Of a stretch of DNA of 29,874 bases, positions 14,830 through 23,516 are shown piece after piece. The notes under the pieces are model-generated. The model did no database searches, had not been told where the DNA came from, and saw nothing but the letters and a program-made list of their open reading frames with translations. Position 1 is the stretch's first letter, and the number at the start of each line of letters is the position of its first letter. Origin of the DNA: Chlamydiota bacterium (lineage in GTDB: Bacteria; Auribacterota; Tritonobacteria; UBA1439); contig JBAXOY010000024.1 of assembly GCA_037133055.1 (NCBI GenBank), forward strand, positions 1-29,874, written 5' to 3'. The translations under genes were made by a program, and so were the position numbers.

Positions 14830-17076
14830 TCAATATCCCGGCACCGATCCGAGGCCGTGGCGGAGCTTCTTCGGCTCCCACCATTTCATCTTCGGGATAT
14901 TGAGCTGCCTGTTCTGCTCCTCACGCTGGCCGATCCAGAGCATGTCCTTGTTCTCCTCGGTCACCACGTTTGCGGTGACGAAAATAAGGATGTTGCTGTT
15001 TCGGAGTTTCTTGGAGGAGTACGCGAAAAGGTACGGGCCTACCAGGGGGATCTCGCCGAGAAGCGGAACCTTGTTCACGGTGTCCGATTCGTCCTCGCGC
15101 ATCAGCCCGCCGATTGCCAGGGTCTGGCCGTTCCGGATGAGCACGTCGGTCTCGGCGGTACGCGTGGAGATGATGGGAAGCTGCGCGCTTGTCGCGCCGC
15201 CGAAGGTGGTGAAGGAGAGGATGTTGCTCACCTCGGGGACGACCTTCAAGTTGATGTATTCGTCCTCATTGACGTGCGGCCTCACCTTCAGGATGATGCC
15301 GATGTCCTTGTACTGGAAATTCGAGATCTCCCATTGGCCGGTGTCGTTGTTGAACTGAAAATTCGGTATCGGCCACTGGTCGGCCACCTTCATGACCGAG
15401 TCCTTGTTGTCGGCGGTGACGATCTTGGGGTGGGAGATGAGGTTCGCGTCGGTCTGCTCCTGAAGGAAGTTCAGGGTGAGCTGGAAGTTGTCGGGGGTGA
15501 GAACCGCCTGCGTGAGCTCCGTGGTCACGACCTTGCTTCCCCCCTGGTTGACGCCGTAGGGATGCGAGGTGAGCGATCCGAGCGGGAGCAGCTTCCCCCC
15601 TTCCCCGCCGATGGTGCCGTCGATGCCGGTCACCCCGTCGGTCGTGTTCCTGGTCGTGCTGTTCTGGTCCACGGCCGTGTTGTCGTTCGTCGTCGAGATG
15701 GTAGTGCCGCCGGGAATCAAGGTGGACGACGTGTCCGTCGCCGTCTTTGTCTTGGTCTTGCTGTCCTGCTCGGTCAGTATGTTCTGGAAGATATCCGCGG
15801 AGGAGTCTTCCCTGGCGCGGGTTTCTTCCCGGGCGATCCCCCACAGCCCCTCTCCCTTCGGTGGCCCGATCGATACGTTGTAGCCCTTGAGGGCGACCCA
15901 GTTGATGCCGATGTTCTCGTCGAAGTCGTCCTTGAGCTCGAGAATCCGCGCCTCGATCAGGACCTGCGGGGTGCGCCGATCCAGCCGATAGATAACCTCC
16001 TCGATATCGCTCAGCTTCTTCGGGATGTCGGTGATCACAATAGTGTTGCTCCGGTCGTCCGGCTTGAGCTGGCCGCGCTGGGGGGTGAGGAGGTGCGTGA
16101 TGGAGTTCGCCACGTCCTTCGCCTGCGCGTAGCTCAGGGGGAAGACTTTTGTCTCCATCGGCTCCTTGTCGAGCTGGTCGCGGGACAGGATGCGGAACAC
16201 GTTTTGCTGCTTCACGTAGGAATAATTGTTTGAATCGAGGATGAGCTTCAGGGCCGTCTCCCAAGGCACATCCATGAGGCGGATGGTGACCTTGCCCTTT
16301 ACCTCGGGCCCGGCGATGATATTGATCCCGTAGCGCATGGAGAAAATGCGGAGGATATTCACGAGGTCGGCGTCTTTGAAGTCAAAGGTGACCTTGCCGG
16401 ACGCGGGGGTGCCGACGGGCGTGGCGACCGTCTTGACGCCGACGACGGCCAGCGGCGTCGGGGTGGCCGCTCCCGAAAGGGCCGGGGAGGAAGGCGGCGG
16501 GCCGGGGAGCTCTTCCCGTATCGCCCCCGCCGCGGGCGTTGTCGCGGCGGCTGCCTGCGCCGGGACCAAGGAGGGATTCGCCTCGAAGGGGACGGCTCCC
16601 ACCTGCACCGGAGCCGAGGAGGGCGCGACCTCTACGGGGACGGCTCCCACTTGCACCGGGGCCGAGGAGGGATTCGCCTCGGCGGGGACCGCCTGGGCGG
16701 CCTGCGCAGGCACGGGCGCCGCGCCGCCCTTCTTCACCACCCGGATGACATCCCCTTCCTCCACGTACGAGAGATTGCAGGCGTCGAGCACCTGGCCGAG
16801 GGCGGTTTCCCACGGCACGTCTGCGATCATGACGGTGACCCTGCCCTCTATCTCCGGGCCGGCGATGATGGGGATGTTGAAGCGCTTGGAAAACGTCGCG
16901 AGCACTTCGTGAATTTCAGCGTCCCTGACATTGAGCGAGATGAGGCCGCTCGTCTCCCCCCCCGCCTGGGGGGAAGGAGGGACGGGTGGGGCCGCTTCCT
17001 GGGCAATCGCCGACGACAACACAAGGGCGCCGGCGCAGAGCGCGCAGCAGAGCGTCGCCCATTTATTTGCGCTCAT
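14830..17076 (-). CDS. pilQ: PilQ/GspD-family secretin
   Basis: Two STN/N0-type domains (ISLNVRDAEI; VTFDFKDADL..GKVTIRL.DVPWETAL), N3 (FPLSYAQA..DDRSNTIVITD), secretin (PQVLIEARILE, PKIVTADN, DIGIILKVRPHV, GQTLAIGGL, KVPLLGEIPLVG). Likely start MSANKW at 17076. Confidence 0.93.
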   Translation of the reverse strand: MSANKWATLCCALCAGALVLSSAIAQEAAPPVPPSPQAGGETSGLISLNVRDAEIHEVLATFSKRFNIPIIAGPEIEGRVTVMIADVPWETALGQVLDACNLSYVEEGDVIRVVKKGGAAPVPAQAAQAVPAEANPSSAPVQVGAVPVEVAPSSAPVQVGAVPFEANPSLVPAQAAAATTPAAGAIREELPGPPPSSPALSGAATPTPLAVVGVKTVATPVGTPASGKVTFDFKDADLVNILRIFSMRYGINIIAGPEVKGKVTIRLMDVPWETALKLILDSNNYSYVKQQNVFRILSRDQLDKEPMETKVFPLSYAQAKDVANSITHLLTPQRGQLKPDDRSNTIVITDIPKKLSDIEEVIYRLDRRTPQVLIEARILELKDDFDENIGINWVALKGYNVSIGPPKGEGLWGIAREETRAREDSSADIFQNILTEQDSKTKTKTATDTSSTLIPGGTTISTTNDNTAVDQNSTTRNTTDGVTGIDGTIGGEGGKLLPLGSLTSHPYGVNQGGSKVVTTELTQAVLTPDNFQLTLNFLQEQTDANLISHPKIVTADNKDSVMKVADQWPIPNFQFNNDTGQWEISNFQYKDIGIILKVRPHVNEDEYINLKVVPEVSNILSFTTFGGATSAQLPIISTRTAETDVLIRNGQTLAIGGLMREDESDTVNKVPLLGEIPLVGPYLFAYSSKKLRNSNILIFVTANVVTEENKDMLWIGQREEQNRQLNIPKMKWWEPKKLRHGLGSVPGY
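16550..16695 (-). repeat. 48-bp (16-aa) tandem repeat, about 3 copies, in the PilQ linker
   Basis: AVPAEANPSSAPVQVG / AVPVEVAPSSAPVQVG / AVPFEANPSLVPAQAA. Confidence 0.85.
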
Positions 17077-17467
17077 CCTTTTTTTTCTCCTTTTCCACTT
17101 CCGGCCGCAGAGGCACCTCCACCCTTTGTTTCGCGTATTCGAAGACAATGCCTTCAGGCTTTATTTCGACGACGATGCATCCGTTGACCTCCTGCCCCAC
17201 CTCGACGATCTCGTCGCCTATGAGAACCCTCGGATTGACGGGGTCGTAGAGGATCCCGCTCAAATGGTCGCTGAACCACTTTTGGAACGGCGCGGTGTCC
17301 ACGGTGACGCCCACGCCGGCGTGGACCACCGAACCCTGCCCCTCCGCGGGGGGCAGAAACGGATTGCGCCGCCCGTGGCTGTCGTAGACGAACTGCTCTG
17401 CGGACAGTATACCCGCCGGAGCGAAAAATACAAATAATACTATTGCAATCTGAAAATGGCGCCGCAT
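17063..17467 (-). CDS. PilP/GspB-like periplasmic assembly protein
   Basis: MRRHFQIAIVLFVFFAPAGILSA signal, YDSHGRRNPFLP, LSGILYD..RVLIGDEIVEVGQEVNG..VVEIKPEGIVF; lies between pilO and pilQ. Confidence 0.8.
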   Translation of the reverse strand: MRRHFQIAIVLFVFFAPAGILSAEQFVYDSHGRRNPFLPPAEGQGSVVHAGVGVTVDTAPFQKWFSDHLSGILYDPVNPRVLIGDEIVEVGQEVNGCIVVEIKPEGIVFEYAKQRVEVPLRPEVEKEKKKDERK

Positions 17468-17507
17468 GTGAGTCCGGTCCCTTTTAGACGCCCGCAGCCT
17501 TAAGATT

Positions 17508-18113
17508 TCACTTCTTCGTTTCCGCCGCGACTGGCTTTGCCTCGAACCCCTTCCTGACAAGGTAGCGAACGAGGAGCACAACCTTCTGGCCAGTCGGCTC
17601 GTTGCCCTCGATGGAGACGTCCGTGATCTCGATGAACCTGTTCGTGCCCTCGATCCCGGCGAGAAATTTCCCAAGCTCGTGGTATCCGCACTGCATCTTG
17701 ATCTCCCACGTCTTCTCGGCGTACTTCGCCTTGAGGTCCGCGTCGAGGGAGGAAATCCCCGCCGCCACGGGGATAAAGCGCTGGCTTACGTCCCCCACCC
17801 CTGACTGCCTGGCTATCGCATTGATTTGCCGCGAAAGCCATGTTTGATCGGTTTCCATCGGTATGTCGTTCGCCGCCGTATCGATCTTCGACTGGAGGTC
17901 TACGACCTCCGCCCGCTGCTGGGGGAGGTGCAACACCATCATCTCGGCCTTGAGAAGCTGATCTCGATATGAGCCGGGAGACTCCTGCTTCTCCCTGCCT
18001 TTGGATCCTTTGGCGAAGGGGGAGGGCCACATCTGCCAGGCGACGATGACCGCCAGCAGGCTGAAGATCACGGCAACCGCGATGAGCTCGATCTTCTTCT
18101 TTTCGATTGGCAT
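17508..18113 (-). CDS. pilO: Type IV pilus assembly protein PilO
   Basis: N-terminal TM, coiled coil, IP.ETD..WL..INAIARQSGV, CGYHELGKFLAGIE..RFIEITDVSI. Confidence 0.88.
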   Translation of the reverse strand: MPIEKKKIELIAVAVIFSLLAVIVAWQMWPSPFAKGSKGREKQESPGSYRDQLLKAEMMVLHLPQQRAEVVDLQSKIDTAANDIPMETDQTWLSRQINAIARQSGVGDVSQRFIPVAAGISSLDADLKAKYAEKTWEIKMQCGYHELGKFLAGIEGTNRFIEITDVSIEGNEPTGQKVVLLVRYLVRKGFEAKPVAAETKK

Positions 18114-18124
18114 ACCTACCTAAA

Positions 18125-18400
18125 AAGGTTCAAACAGTTCAAGCGGTTCAAGCTGTAATCCGCGTTCATCCGCGCCGATCCGCGTCCCAATCGTCATTCC
18201 TTTTAGCCTCGAATCATTTTTGATCTGCGCTCATCTGCGTCCAATATCCTCTTGCCGTTTCCCATCACGCCCACACGCCGATACGCCCTCACGCCCACAC
18301 GGCTGTTCTCTCCGTGTCCTTCGTGCCTTCGTGGTGAGAAGCTTTTGTTCAAGCGGTTCAATCGGTAATCCGAGTTCTTTCGCGTCAATCCGCGGTAAAA
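18125..18400 (-). repeat. Modular periodic-repeat array (A-B-C-D-A-A-B) between pilN and pilO
   Basis: Modules read on the minus strand: A GGACGC(A/G)GATGAACGC(A/G)GAT; B GCTTGAACC/GTTTGAACT 9-mers; C CACCACGAAGGCACGAAGGACACGGAG; D GTGTGGGC 8-mers. Confidence 0.9.
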
Positions 18401-18423
18401 CATCCATCCCGACCGAAGAGCAA

Positions 18424-19011
18424 TCATTTCTTCTCTTCTTTCTTCGGCTGAACAGGTTGCACCGGCTGGGCGCACTTGATCTCGAACGATTTTCGCCCCT
18501 TGTCGAGGCTCTCGATGGAATAGTCCACCTGGGGGAACGCGTTGATGAACGCCGCGTTGCGGCGAAGGGTCTCGATGAACTCCACCACCTTCTCGTTCCC
18601 CTGTCCGGGGACGGCTTCGCCCTTGACGGTCAGCATCACGGGCTGCCGGGAGCTGTAGTTGATATTCATGAGGAAAAGCTCCTCGGGCATCGCGTCGCTT
18701 ATCACGTTGAGCTTCTGCCCCCAGAGCAGCCTCTTCGCGGTGAACCGGTCGAGTGTATCAAGCTCCTGCATAAGCTGGTTCTTCTTCTTGATGAGGGACT
18801 CCGCCTCTTCGCGCTGCGGCGTTATGGCCCGGAGACGGCTCCTTACCTCGCTGAGCTTTCGCACGCGCTGGCCCACGATGACGAAGATGATGACGATTAT
18901 GACCACCGCCACCGCCACCGCTCCGCCGGTGAGGATGGCGATGTTTATCTTGACCTTGCGCACACGCTCTATCTTGCGCAGTTCCTCCGGCAGCAGATTG
19001 ACATGTATCAT
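18424..19011 (-). CDS. pilN: Type IV pilus assembly protein PilN
   Basis: MIHVNLLPEE motif, TM, coiled coil, ISDAMPEELFL, TVKGEA. Confidence 0.92.
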   Translation of the reverse strand: MIHVNLLPEELRKIERVRKVKINIAILTGGAVAVAVVIIVIIFVIVGQRVRKLSEVRSRLRAITPQREEAESLIKKKNQLMQELDTLDRFTAKRLLWGQKLNVISDAMPEELFLMNINYSSRQPVMLTVKGEAVPGQGNEKVVEFIETLRRNAAFINAFPQVDYSIESLDKGRKSFEIKCAQPVQPVQPKKEEKK

Positions 19012-19024
19012 GGTAACGCCAAAA

Positions 19025-19225
19025 ACAAGGGTTCAGGGTGTAGTGAAAAACAATTGTTCAAACAGTTTAAACGGTTCAAGCGGTTCAAGCGGCTAGACGT
19101 TACTCCCCGGCTCCCCCCTTCCCCGGCTCCCCGGCTCATTTCTCCGTGTTCTCCGTGGTGAGAAGCTTTTGTTCAAGCGGTTCAAGCTGTAATCCGCGTT
19201 CATCCGCGGCAATCCGCGTCCCGAA
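19025..19225 (-). repeat. Modular periodic-repeat array (A-B-C-E-B-G) between pilM and pilN
   Basis: Same A, B, C modules plus E (GAGCCGGG 8-mers) and G (ACACCCTGAACCCT). Confidence 0.9.
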
Positions 19226-19236
19226 CAACGTTTCCG

Positions 19237-20274
19237 CTAATCGCAGACCGCGAGTCCCGCCGCGACCGCCAGCAGGGCCTCCTTGCCCCGCGTGCCCTCC
19301 CTGCCGACGCCGCCCTCGACCGAGATGCCCCTGAGCGGGTCCCAGAGGGTGACCGTGAACCCGAACTCGGCGGACAGGGTCTCCTTGAGCTTATGGCAGA
19401 GCGCGCATCCCCCGCTGAGGTAAATCGTGCTCACGCTTTTGCTCATCTTGGATGATATGTAGCCGAATGTCGAGCGGAGCTCGCGGGCGAGCACCATGGT
19501 CATCGGGTTCATAAACTCGCTCACCGCGGGGTCGGCCTCCTCCTTGCGCTGTTCGGCCTGGCGGAAATCGATGCCGAGCCCGCGCGCGATGGCGAGGGTG
19601 GCGTTGTTTCCGCCCACCTCGATATCTCTCGTAAGGTCGAGGTTCTTCGCGGTAACGACATTGAGGATGGTCCGGCCGGCCCCCATGTGCACCAGGGAGA
19701 CAGTCTCGTCCGGCTTGATGTCGGGCATGGCGGATTCGAACGCGTTGGTAAGGGCGATCGAGTCGATGCTGAGAACCTTCGGGACGAGGCCGATATCCTT
19801 GAGGAGGTCGAGCCGCTCGTTGACCACGCTTTTTCTCGCCGCCCCAAGGGCGACCCTCATCTTCGCATTTTCCTTCGCTTCCGGGTCTAGGATGGGGCAG
19901 TCGAAGATGCAGTCATCCAGACTGAAGGGAAGAAGCATCTCGGCCTCGTACTTGATGCTTGATTTGAGATCGGCGGGGGTCATCCGGGGCATTTCGGTGA
20001 GCCGGACGATCACCCCCTTGCCCGATACCGAAACGCGGAGATCGGAGAAATCGAGGCCGCTGCGACTCACCGTGTCGGATACCGCCTTCTTGACGGCGGT
20101 AGCGGGCGGGGGGTTCTCCGAGTCGCGCTCCAGGGAAACGATCGCGCTGTCGAAGAGGGCCCATGCTCCAGTGTTGCCGCTGACGGCGACCATCTTGACC
20201 GAGCTGAAACCTATGTCGAGGCCGATTGCCTGCCTGACCTTGCGGTTTTTCTTCGGCAGCAGATACGAGAACAT
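19237..20274 (-). CDS. pilM: Type IV pilus assembly protein PilM
   Basis: AIGLDIGFSSVKMV, VSVSGKGVIVR, EAEMLLPF, IEVGGNNATLAI, IYLSGGCA, LAVAAGLA (actin-like). Start at ATG 20274 or 20301. Confidence 0.93.
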   Translation of the reverse strand: MFSYLLPKKNRKVRQAIGLDIGFSSVKMVAVSGNTGAWALFDSAIVSLERDSENPPPATAVKKAVSDTVSRSGLDFSDLRVSVSGKGVIVRLTEMPRMTPADLKSSIKYEAEMLLPFSLDDCIFDCPILDPEAKENAKMRVALGAARKSVVNERLDLLKDIGLVPKVLSIDSIALTNAFESAMPDIKPDETVSLVHMGAGRTILNVVTAKNLDLTRDIEVGGNNATLAIARGLGIDFRQAEQRKEEADPAVSEFMNPMTMVLARELRSTFGYISSKMSKSVSTIYLSGGCALCHKLKETLSAEFGFTVTLWDPLRGISVEGGVGREGTRGKEALLAVAAGLAVCD

Positions 20275-20465
20275 GCCCCCGCGCCCCCCGGTTGCGCGCA
20301 ACGCCCGATGTATCCGGAAAGATGGTGAACTACTTGTATGTCAAGCGTATGGAGGGCAGTCTACCTGAGCGAGTTAACGCTGTCAATAAAATGAGACTCT
20401 CTCGTCATACCGGTCACTTTGCCGGAGCGGTTGCATGTGCTACAGTATCCGCCGGGGGGAGAACA

Positions 20466-22403
20466 ATGTCGCCCACAGGCATGCCGCTCCGCGCGCAGGT
20501 CATCATGCTGGCCCTTCTCGCGGGAATCATCTACTCCAACACGCTTGACAATGGGTTCGTCTGGGACGACGTGTATCTCATATCCCGGAACGTCAATGTT
20601 CACCACCTTCGCTATGTCCCCCGCCACTTCACCTCCCCGTTTTTCGGCGATACAAACGACCCCACCGCCGTGAATCGCGGTTCATACTGGCGGCCCCTGA
20701 CGATGCTTTCCTTCAACCTCGACTACGCCCTGTGGAGAAACAACCCGACCGGCTACCACCTGACCAATCTTCTGCTTCACTCGTTCAACGCCGTGATGGT
20801 GCTCCTCCTCTTCAGGGCCATTCCCCGCACGCGCCATGCCGCCTTCCCCGCGGCGTTAATCTTCACCTGCCATCCGCTTCAGACCAACATCGTGGCATAC
20901 ATATCCGGGAGGACCTACCTTCTCGCGGCGCTGTTTCTCCTCCTCGGTTGTTTTATCCTGGCGCGGCGGCTCGCGTGGCCGGGAGACGCGCGGGGCGTCG
21001 GATGTATCGTGACCGCATGCGCTGTCGGGGCGTGCGGCGTCCTGGCGATGTTGTCCGTCGAAGTCGCGCTCGCCGCGCCACTGCTCATCCTGATTGCCGG
21101 GGCGCTGGCGGGCCGTTTACTCGCGCGCCCCATGGTCCATTCAGTTCTCGCTTCCGCGGTCGCGCTCTGCGGCGCGCTGTATTGCCGCCATCGCATCGGC
21201 ATCCCCTCCCCCGCCGTGAACTCGCTGTCGCTCCGCACAGTTCTTGCCGCGGCCGATAGTCTGATGGTGTATATCCGACTCCTTCTCCTGCCCGTGGGCC
21301 TCCACATGGAGCGCTTCATCCCGGTGCCGGCCTTATCGGATCCGGGGGCGCTCATGGCAGCCGGCCTGTTGATCCTCCTGGCACTGATGACCGTGCGGGC
21401 CTTTCTCCGCCGCGATGGAGCGCCCGGCCCCCTACTCTGGTGCTGGGCATTCACGGCCTTTTTCCCCGCGAGCAACGTCATTCCGATCTATCCCGAGATC
21501 GCGAATCGGCAAATCTTTATCGGGGAACATTTCCTTTATGTCCCGCTTATCGGGATTTCTGGGGCGATTGCCTGTGCATGGGAGTCCCTCCGCGCCCGAT
21601 GGGGGGGGGCCTTAAGGCCCCCCTACGAGGGAGGGGAAAATCGGGGGGCCTTGACCCCATGCGAAGCGGGTGGGTTTCGGGCGGACTTGAGGCCGTCCTG
21701 CGGAATTGGTCGCACTCTTTCGATGGCGGGGGGGATTGCGGTGCTCGCATTATTCAGCGCCCTCACCTATGCGCACAACGAATACTGGCGGGATGAAGAT
21801 ACCTTCTACTCGATGACCCTGGCGAAATCCCCTGAAAGCGTGAGGATGAACACCAACCTCGGCATCTTGAAGGTGAGCGAGGGCGATTACGAGGAGAGCC
21901 TCCGTCTCCTGCACGCGGTAGCCGCGCAGAACCCGCGGTCCGCCGCCGCACATATCAACCTCGGGCAGACATACCGCGCGATGGAGCGCTTCGCTGATGC
22001 CCGGAAGGAATTTCTCGCGGCGCAACGCATCTCGCCCGGGTCACCGGATGTCCTGAACGCGCTCGGCGCGCTCTCCATGGCCGAGGGAAAACACGGGGAT
22101 GCCGTAGCCTACTTCGGCAAGGCGATCGCCGCCTCGCCGCTCAGCCCCGGCGCGCGCGTCAGTCTCGCCACGGCATATCTGTCTCAGAACAAGGCCGTTG
22201 ACGCGGAGCGGGTTCTCAGGGGGGCGCTCGGGGTCGATCCCGGATCATTCGAAGCGCGGATGCTGCTCGGGATGTGCTATGAAAAGCTGAGACGCCTGAA
22301 AGAGGCTTGCGAGATATACCGCGCAATCGCAAAGGAATATCCCGACTACAGCCCGGCAGTGGAGAAAGCGGATCGACTTTCCCGTAAGAGAAATGAGCTT
22401 TGA
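20466..22403 (+). CDS. TMTC/DUF1736-like GT-C membrane glycosyltransferase with C-terminal TPRs
   Basis: YSNTLDNGFVWDD, YWRPLT, GYHLTNLLLH, HPLQT..VAYISGR, GEHFLYVP, W.DE..FY, then TPRs; ATG 20466 follows GGGAGA. Confidence 0.88.
   Translation: MSPTGMPLRAQVIMLALLAGIIYSNTLDNGFVWDDVYLISRNVNVHHLRYVPRHFTSPFFGDTNDPTAVNRGSYWRPLTMLSFNLDYALWRNNPTGYHLTNLLLHSFNAVMVLLLFRAIPRTRHAAFPAALIFTCHPLQTNIVAYISGRTYLLAALFLLLGCFILARRLAWPGDARGVGCIVTACAVGACGVLAMLSVEVALAAPLLILIAGALAGRLLARPMVHSVLASAVALCGALYCRHRIGIPSPAVNSLSLRTVLAAADSLMVYIRLLLLPVGLHMERFIPVPALSDPGALMAAGLLILLALMTVRAFLRRDGAPGPLLWCWAFTAFFPASNVIPIYPEIANRQIFIGEHFLYVPLIGISGAIACAWESLRARWGGALRPPYEGGENRGALTPCEAGGFRADLRPSCGIGRTLSMAGGIAVLALFSALTYAHNEYWRDEDTFYSMTLAKSPESVRMNTNLGILKVSEGDYEESLRLLHAVAAQNPRSAAAHINLGQTYRAMERFADARKEFLAAQRISPGSPDVLNALGALSMAEGKHGDAVAYFGKAIAASPLSPGARVSLATAYLSQNKAVDAERVLRGALGVDPGSFEARMLLGMCYEKLRRLKEACEIYRAIAKEYPDYSPAVEKADRLSRKRNEL
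21598..21705 (+). repeat. REP-like GC hairpin triplet in frame inside the TMTC-like gene
   Basis: GGGGGGCCTTAAGGCCCCCC-TACG, GGGGGGCCTTGACCCCA-TGCG, GGGCGGACTTGAGGCCGTCC-TGCG. Confidence 0.65.
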
Positions 22404-22424
22404 TGTTTGACGCGGAGGTTTACG

Positions 22425-22557
22425 AAGAAACCGTCTAACCGCTTGAACTGTTTGAACTGTTTGAACCGCTTGAACAAAAGCTTTTGACCACGGAAGACAC
22501 GGAGAGAAACTGCAAGAGGCTATTGGACGCAGATGAACGCAGAGCACGCAGATTTAC
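22425..22557 (+). repeat. Modular periodic-repeat array (B-C-A)
   Basis: CCGCTTGAA/CTGTTTGAA x4, AAAAGCTT, ACCACGGAAGACACGGAGAGAA, GCAAGAGGCTATTGGACGCAGATGAACGCAG. Confidence 0.9.
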
Positions 22558-22619
22558 AATGTTTCCTGAACCCCCACGACATAGCTTATCACCCGATCAG
22601 AAGCATCGGTTTACATAAT

Positions 22620-22666
22620 TTGCATTTGTGCGAAATATGGGCATGACTAATTTGCAGAAATGCATA
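22620..22666. promoter_or_regulatory. Tandem enhancer (UAS) candidates for the pilin promoter
   Basis: TTGCA-TTTG-TGCGAA (22620) and TTGCA-GAAA-TGCATA (22652), 32 bp apart, about 95-140 bp upstream of the sigma54 site across an AT-rich spacer. Confidence 0.5.
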
Positions 22667-22759
22667 ATTAAGACTAATGAGGATAGGAATAACTATCAAG
22701 TATCATTATAATCTATCGAATAGCAACATGTTATAGATATATTATATTTTCTTAAATTG

Positions 22760-22775
22760 TGGAACGGACCTTGCT
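22760..22775 (+). promoter_or_regulatory. sigma54 promoter of the pilin
   Basis: TGGAACGGACCTTGCT (GG-N10-GC). Confidence 0.75.
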
Positions 22776-22839
22776 CCACTAGGTTCCGTTGGAAGAGGTG
22801 AAAACCATCCAACAACCCAATGAAAGGGGGTGCAGTAAG

Positions 22840-23190
22840 ATGAGAAAGCGCGGTTTTACACTGGTGGAGATCATGATCGTGGTCGCGATCATAGGTCTGC
22901 TCGCGGCGATCGCCATACCGAACTTTATGCGGGCGCGCTCGCAGACGCAGATGAATACCTGCCTGAACAACCTGCGACAGTTCGATTCGGCGATGGCCCA
23001 GTACGCTCTTGAAAACAACCTTACAACCGGCAATACGTTCCCCTCGACTAACCTTAACGGGTTCCTGTCGAACCTGCTCGTGACCGATACATGTCCCGGC
23101 GGCGGCACTTACAGCCAGCTCGGCTCGATTGGGTCGGGAGCGCTTTGCTCCAAGTCGACTGACACTACCTTCCCGCATAGGATTCCGTAA
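22840..23190 (+). CDS. pilA: Type IV pilin (likely the major pilin), 116 aa
   Basis: MRKRG|FTLVEIMIVVAIIGLLAAIAIPNF class III signal; C-terminal Cys pair (TCPGGGTY...LCS); own promoter and terminator. Confidence 0.9.
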   Translation: MRKRGFTLVEIMIVVAIIGLLAAIAIPNFMRARSQTQMNTCLNNLRQFDSAMAQYALENNLTTGNTFPSTNLNGFLSNLLVTDTCPGGGTYSQLGSIGSGALCSKSTDTTFPHRIP

Positions 23191-23219
23191 TCGGGCATAA
23201 GACGGATCGCGAGATCACG

Positions 23220-23251
23220 AGAGGGCGGCTTGCGAAAGCAAGCCGCCCTCT
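23220..23251 (+). terminator. Stable hairpin after the pilin
   Basis: AGAGGGCGGCTTGC-GAAA-GCAAGCCGCCCTCT, perfect 14-bp stem; weak U-tract. Confidence 0.75.
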
Positions 23252-23296
23252 ACGTTTGTGTGCAAACGCCTGAAGAATATGAATACATGGGGAGAA

Positions 23297-23490
23297 ATTG
23301 GACGCGGATCGACGCGGAACAACAGTAACGTGGGACGCAGATAAACGCGGATGAACGCAGCTTACGGCTTGAACCGCTTAAACCGCTTGAACTGTTTGAA
23401 CATCTGTTTGTCACCACGAAGGCACGGAGGACACGGAGAGAACAGCCGTGTGGGCGTGAGGGCGTGTCGGTGTGTGGGCGTAATGGGAAA
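23297..23490 (+). repeat. Modular periodic-repeat array (A-A-B-C-D)
   Basis: Same modules; 23411-23490 is the reverse complement of 18258-18337 with 4 mismatches by eye. Confidence 0.9.
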
Positions 23491-23516
23491 GACAGCATTG
23501 CCACGGATTCCCAACC

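Noticed and set aside
13483..16233. 916-aa plus-strand ORF and other long antisense ORFs (9049..11517, 28435..29724, 173..889, 19496..20368)
   Set aside because: Shadow frames of GC-rich minus-strand genes that carry clear motifs.
19013..19103. GTAACG...CGTTAC as TIRs of a second MITE
   Set aside because: Only about 7 bp of complementarity and no target-site duplication.
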